DNA of 64,000 nt from Candidatus Eiseniibacteriota bacterium (GCA_965224245.1 OZ245046.1:3360001-3424000), one strand, 5' to 3'. Shown: positions 48,823-59,836, numbered from the stretch's first letter. Notes: generated by a model from the letters alone, not told the origin. Numbers and translations: made by a program.

Positions 48823-48970
48823 CGTGGGCGACGCTCTTTCCCCCTTTTCGCGGTGGCCGCCGGGCGGCCGGCGATGCGACCATCGGGGCCGTCCATCGCG
48901 CCCCCGCCACCGTGACGTGTCTCGACGGGCCCGATGCCGGCGCAATCACGAGACCCCAGGAGAGCCCAGC

Positions 48971-50248
48971 ATGTCCGTCTTGGAAGAGAGACTCGAGCGA
49001 TCCATCCCGGCGATGCGTGATCGAGCGCGCCGCCTGGCCGAGCACGGGGCCACCCCCATCGACGAGGTGACCGTCGCGCAGGTGCTCGGCGGCATGCGCG
49101 GCGTCAGGGCCCTCGTGTGCGACACCTCGCGGGTCGAGCCCGTGGATGGGCTGGTCATCCGCGGGCACCCCATCCGTACACTCGTGGACACGCCTCCGGA
49201 AGCGACGTTCTTCCTGCTCCTGACCGGAGAAGAGCCGACCGACGACGAGCTCGCCGACGTCCGCGGCGCATTCGACGCGCACGCCGGCGTGCCCGACTAC
49301 GTGTGGGACGTGCTCCGGGCGCTACCGGACGACGCGCACCCCATGGCGATGCTCGGGGTGGGCATCCTGGCCATGGAGCGCGAATCGACCTTCCGGGCCG
49401 AGTACGATCGGGGGCTCGGTCGTGACGAGCTGTGGCGTCCGATGCTGGCCGACGCCATGGCGTTCATCCCGCGCGTGGCCGAGCTGGCGGCCGGGGTCTA
49501 CCGGATCCGCTACGACCAGGGCGACCCCATCGGCTGGACCGAAGGGCTGGACCTGGGCGCCAACTTCGCGCGCATGCTCGGCGTCGCCGGCGCTTCCGAG
49601 ACGTTCGCGTCGCTGATGCGCATCTACCTGACCTTCCACTCCGATCACGGGGGCGGGAACGTCTCCAACTTCGCCGCGCTGACCGTCGGGTCGGCGCTCT
49701 CGGACGCGTACTACGCGATCGCCGCGGGGCTCAACGGGCTCGCCGGGCCGCTGCACGGGCTGGCCAACCAGGAGTGCCTGCGCTGGATCCTGGCCGTGAT
49801 GGATCGGTTCGGCGGCACGCCCACGCCCGATCAGATGCGACAGGCCGCCTGGGACACCCTCGAGCGCGGTCGCGTCATTCCCGGCTACGGCCACGGCGTT
49901 CTGCGCGGAACCGATCCACGCTTCGTTGGCCTGTACGAATGGGGAGCGGCACACGTCGGCGACGACCCGGTGTTCCGCACCGTCGCGGTGGCCTACGAGA
50001 CGATCCCCGGCGTGCTGACCGAACACGGCAAGGCCAAGAACCCGTGGCCCAACGTGGACGCCGGCTCCGGGGCGCTTCTGTACCACTTCGGTCTTCGAGA
50101 GTTCGAGTTCTACACGGTGCTCTTCGCCGTGAGCCGGTCGATCGGGATCGTCTCGCAGCTCACGCTGAACCGCGCGCTCCTGGCGCCGATCGTGCGGCCG
50201 AAGGCCGTGGAGTCGGAGTGGATCGAGCGCGCGATCGACGGCGCGTAG
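48971..50248 (+). CDS. gltA: Citrate synthase, eukaryote-like type
   Basis: GGMRGV, HSDHGGGNVS, GLAGPLHGLANQE, PGYGHGVLRGTDPR, KNPWPNVDAGSG, YTVLFAVSR. Confidence 0.92.
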   Translation: MSVLEERLERSIPAMRDRARRLAEHGATPIDEVTVAQVLGGMRGVRALVCDTSRVEPVDGLVIRGHPIRTLVDTPPEATFFLLLTGEEPTDDELADVRGAFDAHAGVPDYVWDVLRALPDDAHPMAMLGVGILAMERESTFRAEYDRGLGRDELWRPMLADAMAFIPRVAELAAGVYRIRYDQGDPIGWTEGLDLGANFARMLGVAGASETFASLMRIYLTFHSDHGGGNVSNFAALTVGSALSDAYYAIAAGLNGLAGPLHGLANQECLRWILAVMDRFGGTPTPDQMRQAAWDTLERGRVIPGYGHGVLRGTDPRFVGLYEWGAAHVGDDPVFRTVAVAYETIPGVLTEHGKAKNPWPNVDAGSGALLYHFGLREFEFYTVLFAVSRSIGIVSQLTLNRALLAPIVRPKAVESEWIERAIDGA

Positions 50249-50305
50249 GGACGGTCGAGCCGCTCTCGGGGGGCTCCGCCTTCGAGCGGCTCGGCGGTGG
50301 GCGGC

Positions 50306-50980
50306 CTACCAGACGAGCTGGGGCACGGCCTGCTGGTTCCCCTGGAACCCGCGCAGGAACAGCTGCGTGATCGTGAACGCGAGATCCTCGCCCTTCACGT
50401 CGGGCACCGCGTGCTGCCAGGTGTAGAACCAGTTCATCATCCCGAACAGCGAGAACACGACGAGTCGCGTGTCGATCCGCGGGGCGCCGGGATCTCTCGG
50501 CACCTCGGTGACCAACGACTCACAGAGCTGGATGTACTCCTGCTTGTAGCGTCGCAGCTCGTCGCGATTGGCCCGCGTCAGCCCCATGTCCTCGTGCAGC
50601 AGCACGCGGATGAGCGAGATGTTCTGAACGAAGAAGTCCATGTGGGTCTGGACGAATCCGTAGAGCCTCTCGATCGGGTCGGACAGCGTGTCGATCCGGC
50701 TTCGTGCCGCGTGGAGCAGCTCGTCGAAGTACTCGCGCTGCAACGCGACGACCAGGTCTTCCTTACCGGGGAAGTAATGGTACAGGGACGCCGCGCTCAT
50801 GTTCAGCGCGGCGGCGATGTCGCGCATCGACGTCTCGTGATAGCCCTTGTCCGCGATGAGCTCGGCCGCCGCGTCCATCACGCGACGACGCTTCTGCCGC
50901 GCGCGCGCCGTCTTCGGTTCGTGGGACGACGTCTCACTCGGGGATCCGTTCGCCGGCGCAACGAAGTCTTGCACGTCCAC
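50306..50980 (-). CDS. TetR/AcrR family regulator (KstR2-like C-terminus)
   Basis: AAELIADKGYHETSMRDIA…SLYHYFPGKEDL; FGMMNWFYTW; AAGGAGG RBS. Confidence 0.9.
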   Translation of the reverse strand: MDVQDFVAPANGSPSETSSHEPKTARARQKRRRVMDAAAELIADKGYHETSMRDIAAALNMSAASLYHYFPGKEDLVVALQREYFDELLHAARSRIDTLSDPIERLYGFVQTHMDFFVQNISLIRVLLHEDMGLTRANRDELRRYKQEYIQLCESLVTEVPRDPGAPRIDTRLVVFSLFGMMNWFYTWQHAVPDVKGEDLAFTITQLFLRGFQGNQQAVPQLVW

Positions 50981-51186
50981 CCTTCGCCTCCTTGTCGACA
51001 CAATCGCAGTCGTGGCGAGCAATCGTATCGGGTCGCTTGGAACCTCGGGATGGTGCGGTCGTCGTTGCGTGGCGGCTGCACCATCGTCTCCGACCCCAGG
51101 TCGCCCCGCGTGAGGTGCGCGCACGATGGCGCTGGGCGATCGAGGGACCGATTTACTTGTCGGGCGCCGTACGATCGATTGTGCGC

Positions 51187-51882
51187 CTAAAGTGACGTCC
51201 GTTCAAGGAAAACCGAACCATCGTTCGGCCTCGGGACGTCCGTGGGAGGTCCGGGTCCCTCCCCCGGACGCGGGGCCACCATCGCGAGAAATGCCCGGTG
51301 GACCCGATCGTCCTCGGTCAGCTCGGGGTGAAACGTGGCGCCGAGCACCCGCTCATCCCCAACCAGCACCGGCTCACCGTCGAGCACCGCGAGCGTCGAG
51401 ACCCCCGGCCCGACGTCCGTGATCCGGGGAGCGCGAATGAACACCATCTCCAGGGAGGAGCCGTCGTGCCAGCTCCCGTGGCCGGTGAACGAGTCGATCT
51501 GGCGGCCATACGCGTTCCGGGACACCGCCACGTCCAGGAAGCCGAGCGAGCGCTGGGGCGGGTTGGTCACCTGTCTCGCGACGAGGATGAGCCCCGCACA
51601 GGTGCCGAGGATGGCGCCACCGCTCGACCGGAACGCCTCGAGCGACGGCCACCACGCCGGCTCGTACGCCATCAGCTTCAGCAGCGTCGAGCTCTCTCCT
51701 CCGGGCACGATCAGCCCGTCGAGCCGTGGGAGCTCGGCGGGTCGGCGTACCTCCGATGCGGCCACCCCGAGTCGTGCGAGCGCCCGGACGTGCGCCGTGA
51801 ACCCGCCCTGCAGCGCCAGGACGCCGACTTCGGGCGTCCGCGGCGCTGCGGGCGCGGCGCCGTTTCCGGACGTCGCGTGCAC
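51187..51882 (-). CDS. pdxT: PLP synthase glutaminase subunit
   Basis: GVLALQG, PGGESS, GTCAG, RNAYGRQIDSF, FIRAP, FHPEL. Confidence 0.95.
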   Translation of the reverse strand: MHATSGNGAAPAAPRTPEVGVLALQGGFTAHVRALARLGVAASEVRRPAELPRLDGLIVPGGESSTLLKLMAYEPAWWPSLEAFRSSGGAILGTCAGLILVARQVTNPPQRSLGFLDVAVSRNAYGRQIDSFTGHGSWHDGSSLEMVFIRAPRITDVGPGVSTLAVLDGEPVLVGDERVLGATFHPELTEDDRVHRAFLAMVAPRPGEGPGPPTDVPRPNDGSVFLERTSL

Positions 51883-51884
51883 GC

Positions 51885-52766
51885 CTACCAGCCCCGCGTC
51901 TGCAGGAGCTCGCCCTCGGGCATCTTGGCCGTGTCGAGCCCACGCATCGGCTCACCGACGGTGGCCGAGACCTCGGCCAGCACGGCCGCGTCGCGGTAGT
52001 GGGTCGCCGCCTGCACGATCGCGCGCGCGTGGGCCGGGGGATCCTCGCTCTTGAAGATGCCGCTACCGACGAAGACAGCCTCGGCGCCCAGCTGCATCAC
52101 CAGCGCCGCGTCGGCCGGGGTCGCGATGCCGCCGGCCGAGAAGTTCGGCACCGGAAGCGATCCCTTGGACGCGACCCAGCGCACGAGCTCGAACGGCGCG
52201 CCGAGCTCCTTGGCCTCGGTCATCAGCTCGTCCTCGCGGAGCTGCGTGAGGCGCCGGATCCCCGAGACGATCGCACGGATGTGCCGCACCGCCTCCACGA
52301 TGTCGCCGGATCCGGCCTCGCCCTTCGTGCGAATCATCGCCGCGCCCTCGCCGATCCGCCGGAGCGCCTCGCCGAGGTTCCGGGCCCCGCACACGAACGG
52401 CACGTCGAACGCGAACTTGTCCACGTGGAAGCGATCGTCGGCCGGCGTGAGCACCTCGCTCTCGTCGATGTAGTCCACGCCGAGGCTCTGAAGGATCTGA
52501 GCCTCCACGAAGTGGCCGATGCGGCACTTGGCCATGACCGGGATCGAGACCGTCTCCATGATCGCGCGGATCATCTTGGGGTTCGACATCCGTGAGACGC
52601 CGCCCTCGGTGCGAATGTCCGACGGCACACGCTCGAGTGCCATGACGGCCACCGCCCCGGCATCCTCGGCGATGCGAGCCTGCTCGGCGTTCGTGACGTC
52701 CATGATGACGCCGCCCTTGAGCATCTCGGCCAGTCCGGTCTTCAGCCGGAGGTTTCCGTTCTCCAT
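51885..52766 (-). CDS. pdxS: PLP synthase lyase subunit
   Basis: [46 protein letters not shown]. Confidence 0.97.
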   Translation of the reverse strand: MENGNLRLKTGLAEMLKGGVIMDVTNAEQARIAEDAGAVAVMALERVPSDIRTEGGVSRMSNPKMIRAIMETVSIPVMAKCRIGHFVEAQILQSLGVDYIDESEVLTPADDRFHVDKFAFDVPFVCGARNLGEALRRIGEGAAMIRTKGEAGSGDIVEAVRHIRAIVSGIRRLTQLREDELMTEAKELGAPFELVRWVASKGSLPVPNFSAGGIATPADAALVMQLGAEAVFVGSGIFKSEDPPAHARAIVQAATHYRDAAVLAEVSATVGEPMRGLDTAKMPEGELLQTRGW

Positions 52767-52834
52767 CGTTCGGTCTCCCATCGTACGAGGTGGCGTGGCG
52801 CGCACCGGGCGCTTCCACGCGTCTTCGTGTTCAC

Positions 52835-54379
52835 TCACAGGAACGGCGTCTCGCTCCGACGCCGAGGAGGTCGGTCGGAGGCCGTCGCCAGATGCTCGCG
52901 GACGACCCGCGCGAGAATCTCGATGCCCGACCGGATGCGCTCGGGCGTCTCTCCGACGAACGACAGGCGAAAGCTCCGCTCGCCACCTCCATCGGGGTGA
53001 AACCACTCACCGGGCGCGATCGAGACGCCTCGTTCGAGGGCTCGCTCGGCCACGACGCGCGCGCGGCCCGGCGGCGGCAGCGTGCACCAGATCGTCATCC
53101 CCCCCTCGGGTCGCGTGACGGCCACCGTCGAGGGAAACGAGCGTGAGAGCGCGTCGAGCATGGCGTCGCGACGGGCGGCGTGGTGCTTTCGTACGCGAGC
53201 GATGTGCCGATCCAGCTCGCCGCGCCGGCAGAACTCCGAGACGATCATCTGGGAGGGCAGGCTCGTGCTGAGATCGCCGACTCGTTTCAGGGCGAGCAGG
53301 CGATCCCGAACCGCCGGTGGCGCCAGGATCCAGCCCAGACGAAACCCCGGACACAGCATCTTCGAGAACGTCCCCACCAGGATGACCTGACCGCACGTGT
53401 CGAACGCGCGGAGCGGCGGCAACGCCCGGCCGTCGTACCGCAGCTCGGTGTCGAAGTGGTTCTCGACGATCGCGACGCTGGCGTCCCGGGCCACGTCGAG
53501 CACCTCGCGTCGGCGCGACAGCGACATCGTCAGACCGGTCGGATTCTGGAACGACGGCATCAGATACACGAGCTTGGGCCGTGTGTCGGCCAACGTGCGC
53601 GCGAGCGCGATCGGATCCACGCCGTCCTCGTCGAGCGGCACGCCCACGACGCGCGCCCCGTACAGGCGCCAGATCTCGATCGCGTTCGCGTAGGTCGGTG
53701 ACTCGACGACCACGACGTCGCCGTCGGTGACGAACAGGCGGGCCAGAAGATCCAGCCCCTGTTGCATGCCACCGACGATCATGACGTCGTCCGGGCGGGC
53801 CGGCGCGCCCTCGCGCGTGGCGCGCGCCGCGATGAACTCGCGGAGCGGGCGGTGGCCGTCCGCGGGCCCGTAGCCGAGCGCGTCGGGCCCGGCATCTCGA
53901 AAGACGTCGCGGGCGATCCGCTGGAGCGACTCCGTCGGGTAGCTGGCCGCGTCGGGAACCGCCCCGGCGAAGCGATAGCCGTCCTCGGCTCCGGCCGGGG
54001 CCAGGAGCGCTCCCGAGGCCGAGTCGGTCGCGTGCCGCGCGACCAGCGACGACCAGGCGAACTGGGGCGGACGGAGCGGGCCATCCTCGTGTCGCGCCTC
54101 GGCCCCACGCGGCGTACCGCCCGAGTCGGGAGGGTGATCCGCCACGAAGGTACCTTGCCCCACACCCGAGTCGAGCCATCCCTCGGCCACCAGGCGATCG
54201 TAGGCCGATACCACCGTGTTGCGACCGACACCGGCGTCGTGGGCCAGCGTGCGCGTCGACGGCAGTCGGGTCCCGGGTGGAAGGTGTCCCTCGCGAATGC
54301 GGCGCCGAATCTGCGACGCCAGCTGGGCGTGGAGGGGCTCGGGCCCCGTTCGATCGACGGACAGAACGAGCATGCTCAC
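52835..54379 (-). CDS. MocR/GabR-type regulator (GntR wHTH + PLP aminotransferase domain), PdxR-like by context
   Basis: RLPSTRTLA…[11 protein letters not shown]…G.GTFV; FQNPTG; TFSK…GFRLGW. Confidence 0.9.
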   Translation of the reverse strand: MSMLVLSVDRTGPEPLHAQLASQIRRRIREGHLPPGTRLPSTRTLAHDAGVGRNTVVSAYDRLVAEGWLDSGVGQGTFVADHPPDSGGTPRGAEARHEDGPLRPPQFAWSSLVARHATDSASGALLAPAGAEDGYRFAGAVPDAASYPTESLQRIARDVFRDAGPDALGYGPADGHRPLREFIAARATREGAPARPDDVMIVGGMQQGLDLLARLFVTDGDVVVVESPTYANAIEIWRLYGARVVGVPLDEDGVDPIALARTLADTRPKLVYLMPSFQNPTGLTMSLSRRREVLDVARDASVAIVENHFDTELRYDGRALPPLRAFDTCGQVILVGTFSKMLCPGFRLGWILAPPAVRDRLLALKRVGDLSTSLPSQMIVSEFCRRGELDRHIARVRKHHAARRDAMLDALSRSFPSTVAVTRPEGGMTIWCTLPPPGRARVVAERALERGVSIAPGEWFHPDGGGERSFRLSFVGETPERIRSGIEILARVVREHLATASDRPPRRRSETPFL

Positions 54380-54448
54380 CTCTCGCGCACTCGCGCACTC
54401 GCGCTCGTGCGGGTCGGACCGGGAGCCGGTACGTGCGGAGATTATCTA

Positions 54449-54504
54449 GTACCAATATGGACCCAACAAGGTCCAATTTATTCTTAGTGTCGCTATAGAT
54501 TGGA
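54449..54504. promoter_or_regulatory. Candidate MocR/PdxR operator array
   Basis: AT-rich patch with TGGACC-n6-GGTCCA (54458-54475), CCAAT twice (54452, 54473) and inverted ATTGGA (54499-54504). Confidence 0.6.
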
Positions 54505-54591
54505 TCTAAAAAGAGCCCAGGAGAGCCGCTTGGCGGGTTCCGATTGGCGATCGGCCAGCGCGTCGGGCACCATGCAGCCCGGAGGTGCCCG

Positions 54592-55488
54592 ATGACCCGC
54601 CGAGCCGAACGACCCGCCCCACCGCGCTTCCGCGCCCGTCTCCGGATGCTCGTCGGCGTCGCCGGCCTCGTCACGACCGAGCTGCTTCTCGCCCTCGGGC
54701 AGCCGTTCGTCCGCACCTACTGCACGCCGTTGATGTGGACGTTCTACATCCTGCTGGTCGACGGCGCGATCGAGGCCCGGCGTGGGCACTCTCCGATGAC
54801 GCGGCGCCCGCGGGACGTGGTGTGCATGGCCCTCGGGTCCGTCGCCATCTGGACCGTGTTCGAGCTGTACAACCTCCGGATGCACGGCTGGATCTACGTC
54901 GGCCTCCCGGACGACGTGGTCGTGCGACTGATCGGGTACGTGTGGGCCTTCGCGACGATCGGCCCGGGCATCCTGTTCACGCGCGAGCTGATCGACGCGA
55001 TGCTGCCCGGGGAGCCGGCGTCCCGCCAGCGCCCCGCCCCGCTGCCGGCAGGCATCACGGCGTTCAGCGTGGCGCTGGGATCGCTCGCGCTCGCCGCACC
55101 GCTGGTGGCGCCCGATCACGTCGTGCCGCATCTCTGGGCCGCCGTGTGGGGCGGGTTCATCTTCCTCGCCGATCCGTTCAACGCGCACGCCGGTCGGCAG
55201 TCGGTGTGGGTGGACGCGCTGGAGGGCCGGTCGCGACGGCTCTGGACGCTGCTCGCGGCCGGTGTCGTCACCGGCGCGCTGTGGGAGTTCTGGAACTACT
55301 GGGCGAGCGCGAAGTGGATCTACACGTTTCCGCTCCTCGTCGACGTCCGCATCTTCGAGATGCCGATCATCGGGTTCGTCGGCTTCCCGCCGTTCGCGGT
55401 CGAGACCTACGTTCTGACCGAGCTGCTGGCCCCGCTCTGGCGCGGCAACGCCGACAACGAGCCCCCGCACCGGGAAGCCCGCCGGTAA
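54592..55488 (+). CDS. Integral membrane protein with internal duplication
   Basis: About 8 TM segments; repeated motif WTVFELYN…WIY / WEFWNYW…KWIY; FEMPIIGFVGFPPFA. Confidence 0.75.
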   Translation: MTRRAERPAPPRFRARLRMLVGVAGLVTTELLLALGQPFVRTYCTPLMWTFYILLVDGAIEARRGHSPMTRRPRDVVCMALGSVAIWTVFELYNLRMHGWIYVGLPDDVVVRLIGYVWAFATIGPGILFTRELIDAMLPGEPASRQRPAPLPAGITAFSVALGSLALAAPLVAPDHVVPHLWAAVWGGFIFLADPFNAHAGRQSVWVDALEGRSRRLWTLLAAGVVTGALWEFWNYWASAKWIYTFPLLVDVRIFEMPIIGFVGFPPFAVETYVLTELLAPLWRGNADNEPPHREARR

Positions 55489-55767
55489 GAACTCGACCGC
55501 GCGAACGCCGTCCTCGGCAAGCCCTTGGCCGTTCCCCGCGGCAGGCCCCCGCGCCGCCTTCTCGGAGGCGGCCGCCGCCGCGCCTCGTGACGCCACAATC
55601 CACGCCCATGAAAAGGGTTACGCGACCCGGGGGATCGCCGGCGTCGGGCGGCACATGGCTTGCGACTCCGTGGCGTGACTCCACACGTTCACGCGGGCGA
55701 GACGGCGAGCTCGCACCGCCGGTCCCCGGTCGCACCGCGCGCGGCACGGCTCCAAGGAGTGACAGAC

Positions 55768-58700
55768 GTGGCGACAATCGTGAGCTTCCTTCTGATGGAC
55801 CCGAGCCAGGGCGCATTCTCGTATCTGTCGGCCGGTGATCTCCGGCAGGATGCCGGCGGGTGCGAGATCGAGGTCATGCACCTTCCGGCCGGGGCCGTGC
55901 AGTCGGTCCAGACTCCCGCGGGATCGGTGATCGTGCTCCTGGACGTCACGCTCATCCCCGCGGCCGATCTCGCACGCGTCGCGCTCGAGCTGGCCGATGC
56001 CGTCCTCGACGACCACACGGTCGCGATGGGCGAGGTCGTCGCCCCACGAACGGGCGGGTGGGACCTCGCCTCGGAAGCCTGGCTCGCGGCGACGTCACGG
56101 CGCGGAACCGAGATCCCGCTGGGGGGGCTCGACCCGCGCTGTCTCGTACTGACCCGAAACGCGTTCGCGCGCGCGCGCGCCGGCATCGGCGACTACGTGG
56201 CGGATTCGACGCGCTCGCCGCTCTCACTCTCGCTGAAGCTGCGCGACGCGTCGATCGTCCCGTATCGCGAGCCCCGTCTGCGCGCGTATCTCGGCCGACC
56301 GATCTCGATCCGCGAAGCCGTGAACGCGCTTCGCGACGAGAACGAGCGAACGCTCCGCCTCGGCCTCGCGCGATCGGACCTGATCGGCGAGCTGAACCTC
56401 CCGTCGATCGACGCCGTGCATGCCCAGTCCGAGGACCGCGTCGCGCGGCGCGTCCGGCACCTCGCGGTCGCCGCCGACGAGCTGAGCCGCGTCGACGTCC
56501 GGCGCTTCGGTGATGCCGACGAGGTGGACCCGGGCGCACTCGACGTCCTGCGTGACACATCGCGGCGCGTGATCACCGACCTCGTGCACGCGGCCCGCTG
56601 GCACGGCTGGATGAGGGCCTGCGCAGGAGACGGCAGCGTGACTCCCCCGGCCGGTCACGTGTCGCCGGCGCGGGCGGAAGAAGGCATCCCGGCGATTGCG
56701 ACCGAGACCGACCCGGCGGTGCCCGGTGAGCACGACGTGTGCCCCGAGCTCCCGGACACCGCCGGCTCACTCGACGACGGCGATGCGCCCGACCCGGCCG
56801 CGCGCGCGGCCACCACCGACGACTCCGACTCGGGCAGCGCCGTCACGCAGAACGGCGCCGGCGACGACGATCCGGACGCGAGCAACGGGTCTCCGGACCT
56901 CGACCCGTTCGAGGCGATCGTCTCGTCCTACGCCGCCGGCTCGACCCCACTGCGCCACCCATCGACCGTGACCGCGACCCCGCGCGTCGACGACGCGCCG
57001 GCCGCGGCCGCCCCGTCGACCCGGCGCGTGGTGGCCAGCCTCGTCATCGTCACCCGCAACGATGCGGCCGATCTTCCCCGGTGCCTGGATGCGATCTCTC
57101 GCAACACGCCCGAGCCGATCGAGGTGTTCGTCGTCGACAACGCGTCGGACGACGGATGCAACGAGATCGCGAACGCATCCCCGGTCGTGGACACGGTGAT
57201 CCCGCTGTCCGACCCGGTCGGCTACGCCGAGGCCGCGACCCTGGCGTCTCGGCGGGCGCGTGCCTCTCACATCGTGTTCATCACGGCCGACGCGATCGTC
57301 GCCGAGGGCTGGCTCACGCCCCTCTGCGACGCCACGAACGACGCCGTCGCGGTCGCCCTGCCTGCGTCGCTGGGTCTCTGCGGCGATCAGCACGCGATGC
57401 GCTGGATCGACGACCTCCGGAGCCTCGCGGACCCCGAGCGTCTCGCGCGAGAGCTGGCCTCGGTCGAGGCGATCGAGACCACGGGGATCATCCAGCCGCT
57501 GGCCGTGAGCATCCGAGCGGACGTCGTGCGGCAGAACGGCCTTCCCGATCCCGCGTTCCAGCTGGCGTCGACGGTCCATCTGCATCTCGCGTACGCGATC
57601 CGGCAGCTCGGTCTCGAGATCGTCGTCGTGCCGCGCTCCTACGTGGGCCGCGCGGGCGGACTTCGCCAGGTGCCCGCCACCGCGCGCGAGCTCGGGCTCG
57701 CGACACCGTCACCGGGGACCGAGCTCAGCGCCTCGGAGCGCGAGACGATGGAGCTGGTCACGACCGCCGATCGCGAGCTTCTCGTCGACCGCGTGGCCGG
57801 AACGCCGGAGACGCGGAACTCCAACGTGTGGGGCGTCAACTGGTCCACGCTCCTGCCCCGCGGGGAGGCGCTGTCGGTGATCATTCCGGTTCACGATCAG
57901 CTCGACCACACGCGGAGATGTCTCGACACGCTACGCGGGCAGCACGGCGTGTCCGACATCGAGATCATCGTGTTCGACAACGGGTCCGACGCCGCCACGC
58001 GCGAGTTCCTGGAGACGCGCCCCGAGGTGCGCGTGATCGGGAGCGACACCAACGTGGGCTTCGCCGCCGCCGTGAATCGAGGCATGCGGGCCGCGAAGGG
58101 TCGGTGCCTTCTGATCCTGAACAACGACGTCGCACTGCCGTCGCGGTTCCTCGAGCGCCTCTCGGCCGCGGTCGAGTCGAACCCGGCGTATGCCATCGTC
58201 GGCGCGGTCGCCAACGCGTGCGCCCCCCCTCAACGCGTCGCCGTGCCGTACACCGACCTCGCCGGCGTGGAGGACTTCGCTGACGAGCGCTGGGCCGAGC
58301 ACGGCTCGCGAGTGCGTCGCTCCCCGATGGTGACCGGGATGGCGATGCTGATCCGCCGCGAGGTCGTGGACACGATCGGGGAGTTCGACGAGCGCTTCGG
58401 TATCGGCGGCTTCGAGGACACCGACTTCTGCACGCGCGCGGCACTGGCCGGCTTCCGGGCCGGCATCGCCGAGGGCGTGTTCCTGCACCACGTCGGATCG
58501 GCCACGTTCCAGGGCAGCGGTGTGAGCCCCACCGAGATCATGCGTGCCAACCACGCTCGCTTCCTCGCCAAGTGGCGAGACGTGATCGGCGCGCTCGGCG
58601 GCTCCGACGTCCTGGCGGGCGCCTCCGCCACCGGTGTGGCGCAGCCCCCGGAACGGGGATCGTCTCCGGCCTCCGCGGCGTCGAGCCCCGCCGCCTCTTC

Positions 58701-59190
58701 GGACTGGGGCTGGATCCCGATGATCGCGAACGAGAGCGACCCGTCCCTCTGGGATCGCCCGCAGGAGAGGAGCGAGACGTCGTCGAGCGACGAGGCGACC
58801 TGCGCGCCGACCGCCGACGATCTCCATCGGCTCGCGAACACGCGGCTGGAAGAGGGTCGGCTCGAGGAGGCCCGCGAGCTGTTCGAGTGGACGCTGGAGC
58901 TGATGCCCGAGATGGTGCTCGCGCAGATGGGACTGGGCCTGGCGCTCTGCCGTCTCGGTGCCTACGAGGACGCCATCGCGCCGCTCACGCGGGCGATCCA
59001 GCTGGAGCCCGGGTTCTCCGAGGGCTACAACAACCTCGGGGTCGCCTACTACATGGCCGAGCGTCCGGACGAGGCCCGGCATGCGCTGGAGCGTGCGCTG
59101 GAGCTGGATCCCGAGAACGAGGACGCCCGGACCAACCTGGCGTCGGTGCTCGAGGAGATGCGATCGATCTCGGGGCGGACCCTCACGTAG
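55768..59190 (+). CDS. Multi-domain GT2 glycosyltransferase with C-terminal TPRs
   Basis: SLVIVTRN…VVDNASDD; SVIIPVHD…FDNGSD…NVGFAAAVNRG…LNND…FDERFGIGGFEDTDF; TPR YNNLGVAY. Confidence 0.85.
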   Translation: MATIVSFLLMDPSQGAFSYLSAGDLRQDAGGCEIEVMHLPAGAVQSVQTPAGSVIVLLDVTLIPAADLARVALELADAVLDDHTVAMGEVVAPRTGGWDLASEAWLAATSRRGTEIPLGGLDPRCLVLTRNAFARARAGIGDYVADSTRSPLSLSLKLRDASIVPYREPRLRAYLGRPISIREAVNALRDENERTLRLGLARSDLIGELNLPSIDAVHAQSEDRVARRVRHLAVAADELSRVDVRRFGDADEVDPGALDVLRDTSRRVITDLVHAARWHGWMRACAGDGSVTPPAGHVSPARAEEGIPAIATETDPAVPGEHDVCPELPDTAGSLDDGDAPDPAARAATTDDSDSGSAVTQNGAGDDDPDASNGSPDLDPFEAIVSSYAAGSTPLRHPSTVTATPRVDDAPAAAAPSTRRVVASLVIVTRNDAADLPRCLDAISRNTPEPIEVFVVDNASDDGCNEIANASPVVDTVIPLSDPVGYAEAATLASRRARASHIVFITADAIVAEGWLTPLCDATNDAVAVALPASLGLCGDQHAMRWIDDLRSLADPERLARELASVEAIETTGIIQPLAVSIRADVVRQNGLPDPAFQLASTVHLHLAYAIRQLGLEIVVVPRSYVGRAGGLRQVPATARELGLATPSPGTELSASERETMELVTTADRELLVDRVAGTPETRNSNVWGVNWSTLLPRGEALSVIIPVHDQLDHTRRCLDTLRGQHGVSDIEIIVFDNGSDAATREFLETRPEVRVIGSDTNVGFAAAVNRGMRAAKGRCLLILNNDVALPSRFLERLSAAVESNPAYAIVGAVANACAPPQRVAVPYTDLAGVEDFADERWAEHGSRVRRSPMVTGMAMLIRREVVDTIGEFDERFGIGGFEDTDFCTRAALAGFRAGIAEGVFLHHVGSATFQGSGVSPTEIMRANHARFLAKWRDVIGALGGSDVLAGASATGVAQPPERGSSPASAASSPAASSDWGWIPMIANESDPSLWDRPQERSETSSSDEATCAPTADDLHRLANTRLEEGRLEEARELFEWTLELMPEMVLAQMGLGLALCRLGAYEDAIAPLTRAIQLEPGFSEGYNNLGVAYYMAERPDEARHALERALELDPENEDARTNLASVLEEMRSISGRTLT

Positions 59191-59212
59191 TCGGACGCGC
59201 CGATCGCACGTC

Positions 59213-59698
59213 TCAGCGGCTCAGGATCCGGTTGATCTTGGTCAGGATCGCCTCTTCCTCGCGATTCTCGACCACGGCGATCTCCTGCTTCAAGAGATCC
59301 ACGGCGGAGTCGGCGATCTGCTGCTCGTCCTCGTTGAGCCGGTGGCTCTGTGAGCGGCGTCCGAGGTCCCGCACGACCTCGGCGAGGCTCATCGGGTCTC
59401 CGATGACGGCTTTCGCCCGGTAGCGCTCCATCCGGCGACCGGCAGGGCGGGTTCGCGTGTACTGGTCCGGCTCGCGAAGCGTCTTGTACACATGGCGCAA
59501 AACATTACTGCCCATGACGTTACGGAGATGGACCTTCGTGAAGTCCTCCTCATGGAGAAAGACCGTCCGGTTGTCGGAAGCGAAGCGGATCTCGAGGCAC
59601 CGCTGCGTGCGTCCGAACACGGGCCGTTCTTCGGACTTCACGACCCGGCCGACCCCGTATCGGGGGCAGACGACGGTCTCGCCACGCCGGAAACTCAT
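59213..59698 (-). CDS. CarD/CdnL-like transcription factor
   Basis: FRRGETVVCPRYGVGRV; GDPMSLAEVVRDL…L.E.E…A…L.QEIA. Confidence 0.85.
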   Translation of the reverse strand: MSFRRGETVVCPRYGVGRVVKSEERPVFGRTQRCLEIRFASDNRTVFLHEEDFTKVHLRNVMGSNVLRHVYKTLREPDQYTRTRPAGRRMERYRAKAVIGDPMSLAEVVRDLGRRSQSHRLNEDEQQIADSAVDLLKQEIAVVENREEEAILTKINRILSR

Positions 59699-59836
59699 GT
59701 GACCTCCAACGAGTCAGAGTATCGCCATGAGAATCCCCGCCACCTGATGGTCTCGACCCCGGGTCGAGAGGTCCGGTCCCTTCGGAATCCTCGCGGTAGG
59801 GCGGTTGATGTGCGGCTCGATTCACGAGCACACCCC

